64,000 nt of DNA, taken from NCBI GenBank assembly GCA_001179505.1, contig CDMY01000189.1, positions 1-64,000 on the forward strand, read 5' to 3'. The notes beneath the pieces were generated by a model. The model saw nothing but the letters and a program-made list of their open reading frames with translations, was not told where the DNA came from and did no database searches. Made by a program: the position numbers and the translations under genes. Every line of letters starts with the position of its first letter. The stretch's first letter is position 1. Origin of the DNA: Vitrella brassicaformis CCMP3155. Lineage: Eukaryota; Protista; Chromerida. Shown here in pieces: positions 59,730 to 64,000 of the stretch.

Positions 59730-60029
59730 NNNNNNNNNNNNNNNNNNNNNNNNNNNNNNNNNNNNNNNNNNNNNNNNNNNNNNNNNNNNNNNNNNNNNNN
59801 NNNNNNNNNNNNNNNNNNNNNNNNNNNNNNNNNNNNNNNNNNNNNNNNNNNNNNNNNNNNNNNNNNNNNNNNNNNNNNNNNNNNNNNNNNNNNNNNNNNN
59901 NNNNNNNNNNNNNNNNNNNNNNNNNNNNNNNNNNNNNNNNNNNNNNNNNNNNNNNNNNNNNNNNNNNNNNNNNNNNNNNNNNNNNNNNNNNNNNNNNNNN
60001 NNNNNNNNNNNNNNNNNNNNNNNNNNNNN
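59730..60029. other. Assembly gap (300 N)
   Basis: Run of N flanked by poly-G. Confidence 1.
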
Positions 60030-60065
60030 GGGGGGGGGGGGGGGGTCGGTCCCTCATCTATCTCA

Positions 60066-60496
60066 TCATCGCGTCCACACGCAGAACTCGTGGCCGCTGC
60101 ACGCCACCTTCCAGTCTGCAATCGTCAGTCAAAGTACACACAAACAACAGGCAGACAGGCAGGATTGTGCACATGATGAATTGCTCGACTTGAGTGTGTG
60201 TGTGGTGGTGGCTGCTTTGCTTACTGCCCCCGTCAGGTCCCCAGTGGTTGGTGCCGATCTTGATGGCCACATTGCCGCCGCCATGGCCGCAGTGGTAGTC
60301 ACTGCAGTGAGTGCACACCCACCAGTGGCCCATCCAGCACACACCCACACATGAAGCCGCCCGCCTGTGTGCTGTGTGCTGTGTGCTGGGTGGCTTACGG
60401 GCTGATGTATGCCGCGTAGAGTCCGCCGTGTGACGCCGCCACGTGCACGCCGCTGCGGCAGTGGATGCCCTTGTCCTTCCGGATGTTGCACAACTC
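60066..60496 (-). pseudogene. Partial alpha-amylase copy (C-terminal beta-domain exons only)
   Basis: ELCNIRKDKGIHCRSGVHVAASHGGLYAAYISP|DYHCGHGGGNVAIKIGTNHWGPDGG|NWKVACSGHEFCVWTR*. The upstream catalytic exons are replaced by unrelated sequence. Confidence 0.8.
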
Positions 60497-60949
60497 CTGT
60501 CGTCCGTCGCACAGCAGAGGACACACACACACACAGAGAGAGAGAGGGGAAGGGGCAGTTGGTGTGGCTGTGCAGGAAAGGTGCACGCCAGAAGCTGAGC
60601 TGTGTGAGGATATTGTGTTCATAGTTTGCCTGTGTTGTGTGTGGAAGGACACCGGATGGGCGTGTGTGTGGAGGACGGCAGGTGGAACCGAGGTGTTTCC
60701 CATGTCGGTGCACCTAGGGGAGTTCTAAGTAGAACACCCATGGTCTCCTTCCAAAGCGCATTCGCATCTTCATCAATGTCAAAGAAACGCTTTGCTTTGG
60801 CTTTGAGCAGCGTCGCCTGGTCGCTGAGAATGGGCAGCATCTTCCTGAAGACAGGCAGACACAAACAGAGAGAGATCTCAGCTGGGGAGCCTTCTGGCTG
60901 CTTCTCGCTTCGTGTGAGGACTTCCTATGTCTGGGCCTCTCGGCTGCCT

Positions 60950-60991
60950 CTAGGGTTTGGGGAGCGGCAAACCCTACACCCTAAACCCTAA
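60950..60991. repeat. Degenerate TTTAGGG/CCCTAAA telomere-like heptamers in inverted arrangement (also at 61830-61870 and 61934-61957)
   Basis: ctagggtttgg...aaaccctacaccctaaaccctaa. Confidence 0.55.
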
Positions 60992-61060
60992 TGCTTTCGC
61001 TTTTGAGGCTTTTTTCCATTGCAGGGGGGCGGAGTGGCGGCTGACGTGCTCATCTAAACC

Positions 61061-61360
61061 NNNNNNNNNNNNNNNNNNNNNNNNNNNNNNNNNNNNNNNN
61101 NNNNNNNNNNNNNNNNNNNNNNNNNNNNNNNNNNNNNNNNNNNNNNNNNNNNNNNNNNNNNNNNNNNNNNNNNNNNNNNNNNNNNNNNNNNNNNNNNNNN
61201 NNNNNNNNNNNNNNNNNNNNNNNNNNNNNNNNNNNNNNNNNNNNNNNNNNNNNNNNNNNNNNNNNNNNNNNNNNNNNNNNNNNNNNNNNNNNNNNNNNNN
61301 NNNNNNNNNNNNNNNNNNNNNNNNNNNNNNNNNNNNNNNNNNNNNNNNNNNNNNNNNNNN
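61061..61360. other. Assembly gap (300 N)
   Basis: Run of N whose two flanks repeat the same 579 bp. Confidence 1.
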
Positions 61361-62775
61361 GATGTTGCACAACTCCTGTCGTCCGTCGCACAGCAGAGGA
61401 CACACACACACACACAGAGAGAGAGGGGAAGGGGCAGTTGGTGTGGCTGTGCAGGAAAGGTGCACGCCAGAAGCTGAGCTGTGTGAGGATATTGTGTTCA
61501 TAGTTTGCCTGTGTTGTGTGTGGAAGGACACCGGATGGGCGTGTGTGTGGAGGACGGCAGGTGGAACCGAGGTGTTTCCCATGTCGGTGCACCTAGGGGA
61601 GTTCTAAGTAGAACACCCATGGTCTCCTTCCAAAGCGCATTCGCATCTTCATCAATGTCAAAGAAACGCTTTGCTTTGGCTTTGAGCAGCGTCGCCTGGT
61701 CGCTGAGAATGGGCAGCATCTTCCTGAAGACAGGCAGACACAAACAGAGAGAGATCTCAGCTGGGGAGCCTTCTGGCTGCTTCTCGCTTCGTGTGAGGAC
61801 TTCCTATGTCTGGGCCTCTCGGCTGCCTCTAGGGTTTGGGGAGCGGCAAACCCTACACCCTAAACCCTAATGCTTTCGCTTTTGAGGCTTTTTTCCATTG
61901 CAGGGGGGCGGAGTGGCGGCTGACGTGCTCATCTAAACCCTAGCTGTGCGTAGGGTTGGCGAAATTGGTGAATGCGGTTGGTGTGCAGCAGTGCGTGGCA
62001 GACAGACAGACACACACACAGGCTCATGTCCACAGGGGTCCACGCGCAGAGAGGGAGGGGGGGAAGGCCTGTGTGTGCAGCGTGGGCAGTGTGTGTGTGT
62101 GTGTGTGTCTGTGCCATCATCGCTGCACACGCGCACCCTCACACACACACACGCACAAAGGAAGGGGAAAAATCACAGAGCAGAAATATAGCGGAGAGTG
62201 TCCGTCCAAACGAATTGCGAACAGCCAGCCGGTGAGCTAAGAAAAGGGCCTCTAAAGGCCTCTAAACGTCTCTCTCTCTCTCTCTCTCTCTCTCGGTCTC
62301 TCCGTGTGTGTGTCTAAACCGACAACCAGTAGAAACTTTCCTGCCACCTGTGTGTGTGTGTTTGGGGGGGGAAGGTACGATCGATCGAGGAGCCCCGAGG
62401 ACCGAGTCGTCAACTTAAAACGTCAGTCGCATCGTTGCGTCCGCGTGCACTGCACATGGTACCCTCATGGTAGTAAGTGATATGGGTAAGTAGTGAGTGT
62501 CTAAACCCGCCCCCTCCCTCACTCCGTCGATCCGATGCATCACAGAAGTACTGAAAAAGATCGATGCGTCCATCATATCATGGCCCCTCCCCCCTCCCCC
62601 ACACCCCTGCTGTGGTGTTCTGGGTGTGGTGTGCTACAGGCAGGCAGGCAGGCAGTCCCCCTACAGAGAAAAAGGCGGGCACACATACGTACGACACGAA
62701 CGAATATGGCTGCTGGCCGCATACACACACGCTATCCCTCTCCTCTGCCATGGCCAGTGTGTGTGGGGGGGAGGG

Positions 62776-63075
62776 NNNNNNNNNNNNNNNNNNNNNNNNN
62801 NNNNNNNNNNNNNNNNNNNNNNNNNNNNNNNNNNNNNNNNNNNNNNNNNNNNNNNNNNNNNNNNNNNNNNNNNNNNNNNNNNNNNNNNNNNNNNNNNNNN
62901 NNNNNNNNNNNNNNNNNNNNNNNNNNNNNNNNNNNNNNNNNNNNNNNNNNNNNNNNNNNNNNNNNNNNNNNNNNNNNNNNNNNNNNNNNNNNNNNNNNNN
63001 NNNNNNNNNNNNNNNNNNNNNNNNNNNNNNNNNNNNNNNNNNNNNNNNNNNNNNNNNNNNNNNNNNNNNNNNNNN
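62776..63075. other. Assembly gap (300 N)
   Basis: Run of N flanked by G-rich sequence. Confidence 1.
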
Positions 63076-63103
63076 GGGGGGGGTCGGTCCCTCATCTATC
63101 TCA

Positions 63104-64000
63104 TCATCGCGTCCACACGCAGAACTCGTGGCCGCTGCACGCCACCTTCCAGTCTGCAATCGTCAGTCAAAGTACACACAAACAACAGGCAGACAGGCAG
63201 GATTGTGCACATGATGAATTGCTCGACTTGAGTGTGTGTGTGGTGGTGGCTGCTTTGCTTACTGCCCCCATCAGGTCCCCAGTGGTTGGTGCCGATCTTG
63301 ATGGCCACGTTGCCGCCGCCATGGCCGCAGTGGTAGTCACTGCAGCGAGTGCACACCCACCAGTGGCCCATCCAGCACACACCCACACATGAAGCCGCCC
63401 GCCTGTGTGCTGTGTGCTGGGTGGCTTACGGGCTGACGTATGCCGCGTAGAGTCCGCCGTGTGACGCCGCCACGTGCACGCCGCTGCGGCAGTGGATGCC
63501 CTTGTCCTTCCGGATGTTGCACAACTCCTGTCGTCCGTCGCACCGCAGAGGACACACACACACACATATGCGGTGCGTGAGGTGGTGTGTTCTGTCTGAG
63601 TATTCTTTACTTACGATGATTTTGCCCTGGACGTGTGAGCCTCTGTCGGACCAGTCGGACCAGAAGACCGACGGCGTGCCGGGGTGCGTCAGGATGAAGG
63701 CATACGCACGAGTCACCTGCACACACACAGATGCACACAGAGAGAGAGAGAGGGGAGACCTTCATCTGTCTGTCTGCCTGTCCATGTGCGTCTGTCTGGT
63801 GGGGTGGGGGGGGGCGGTGGGTCACGTCACCTGTTCGTTGTTGCCGAATGGTCCGCCGACAACGTCCAGATGGCACGTGTCGTGGTTCTCGATGAAGGTC
63901 ACCGAACGCACCGGATCCTGCCCACACACACACACACAGCGAGAAGGTCCATCCATCCATCCATCTCTGTGTGTTGTGACACACACACCAGTCCCATGAT
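63104..64000 (-). CDS. AMY: Alpha-amylase (GH13, plant AMY / GH13_6-like), 3' portion; 5' end lies beyond the window edge
   Basis: DPVRSVTFIENHDT (conserved region IV)...GPFGNNEQ|VTRAYAFILTHPGTPSVFW...|ELCNIRKDKGIHCRS...LYAAY...VAIKIG...W|NWKVACSGHEFCVWTR*. Confidence 0.9.

Larger units (their letters stand above)
59080..60515. repeat. Diverged tandem duplicate of about 62150-63560 (intergenic plus alpha-amylase 3' exons)
   Basis: Long collinear near-identity with scattered substitutions and indels (e.g. YISP vs YVSP, and an indel of about 22 bp at 59156). Confidence 0.85.

Noticed and set aside
60482-61939. Apparent perfect 579-bp tandem duplication (60482-61060 vs 61361-61939)
   Set aside because: The copies directly flank a fixed-size 300-N gap and differ only in microsatellite unit counts. 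This is the typical signature of overlapping contig ends left unmerged.
42348-63392. ORF-track entries containing long X runs
   Set aside because: They are open only because they span N gaps.
1-64000. rRNA, tRNA or snRNA genes
   Set aside because: None recognised by eye. tRNAscan-SE and Infernal/Rfam would be needed to exclude small ncRNAs.

Overview
Eukaryotic, GC-rich, intron-dense genomic DNA. Short introns are packed with (CA)n/(GT)n/(CAGA)n/(GGAT)n microsatellites. Together with the gene content (plastid-type NTRC, plant-type alpha-amylase, MORN and HADO-like families) this best fits a chromerid alveolate such as Vitrella brassicaformis; the taxon is an inference. Recognisable genes in order: a CK1-like pseudokinase (runs off the left edge), a coiled-coil/MORN gene with a microsatellite frameshift, a head-to-head pair of atypical CK1-related kinases (one pseudogene, one intact), SAC3/GANP, an ~8 kb gene for a giant tandem EF-hand protein, an MFS transporter, a HAD-phosphatase-like/coiled-coil/RING fusion, an NTRC-type thioredoxin reductase-thioredoxin fusion divergent from a phosphoglycerate-mutase-like gene, an inverted RING-less HAD paralogue, RMND5/Gid2 with a very large low-complexity insertion, a TPR gene, and the 3' part of a GH13 alpha-amylase with a partial tandem copy. 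Two zones (about 6.5-10.3 kb and 53.5-58.1 kb) are mosaics of gene fragments that share dispersed exon/intron cassettes. There are four 300-N assembly gaps. No rRNA, tRNA, CRISPR array or transposase was recognised. All exon structures were traced by eye, so boundaries are approximate.
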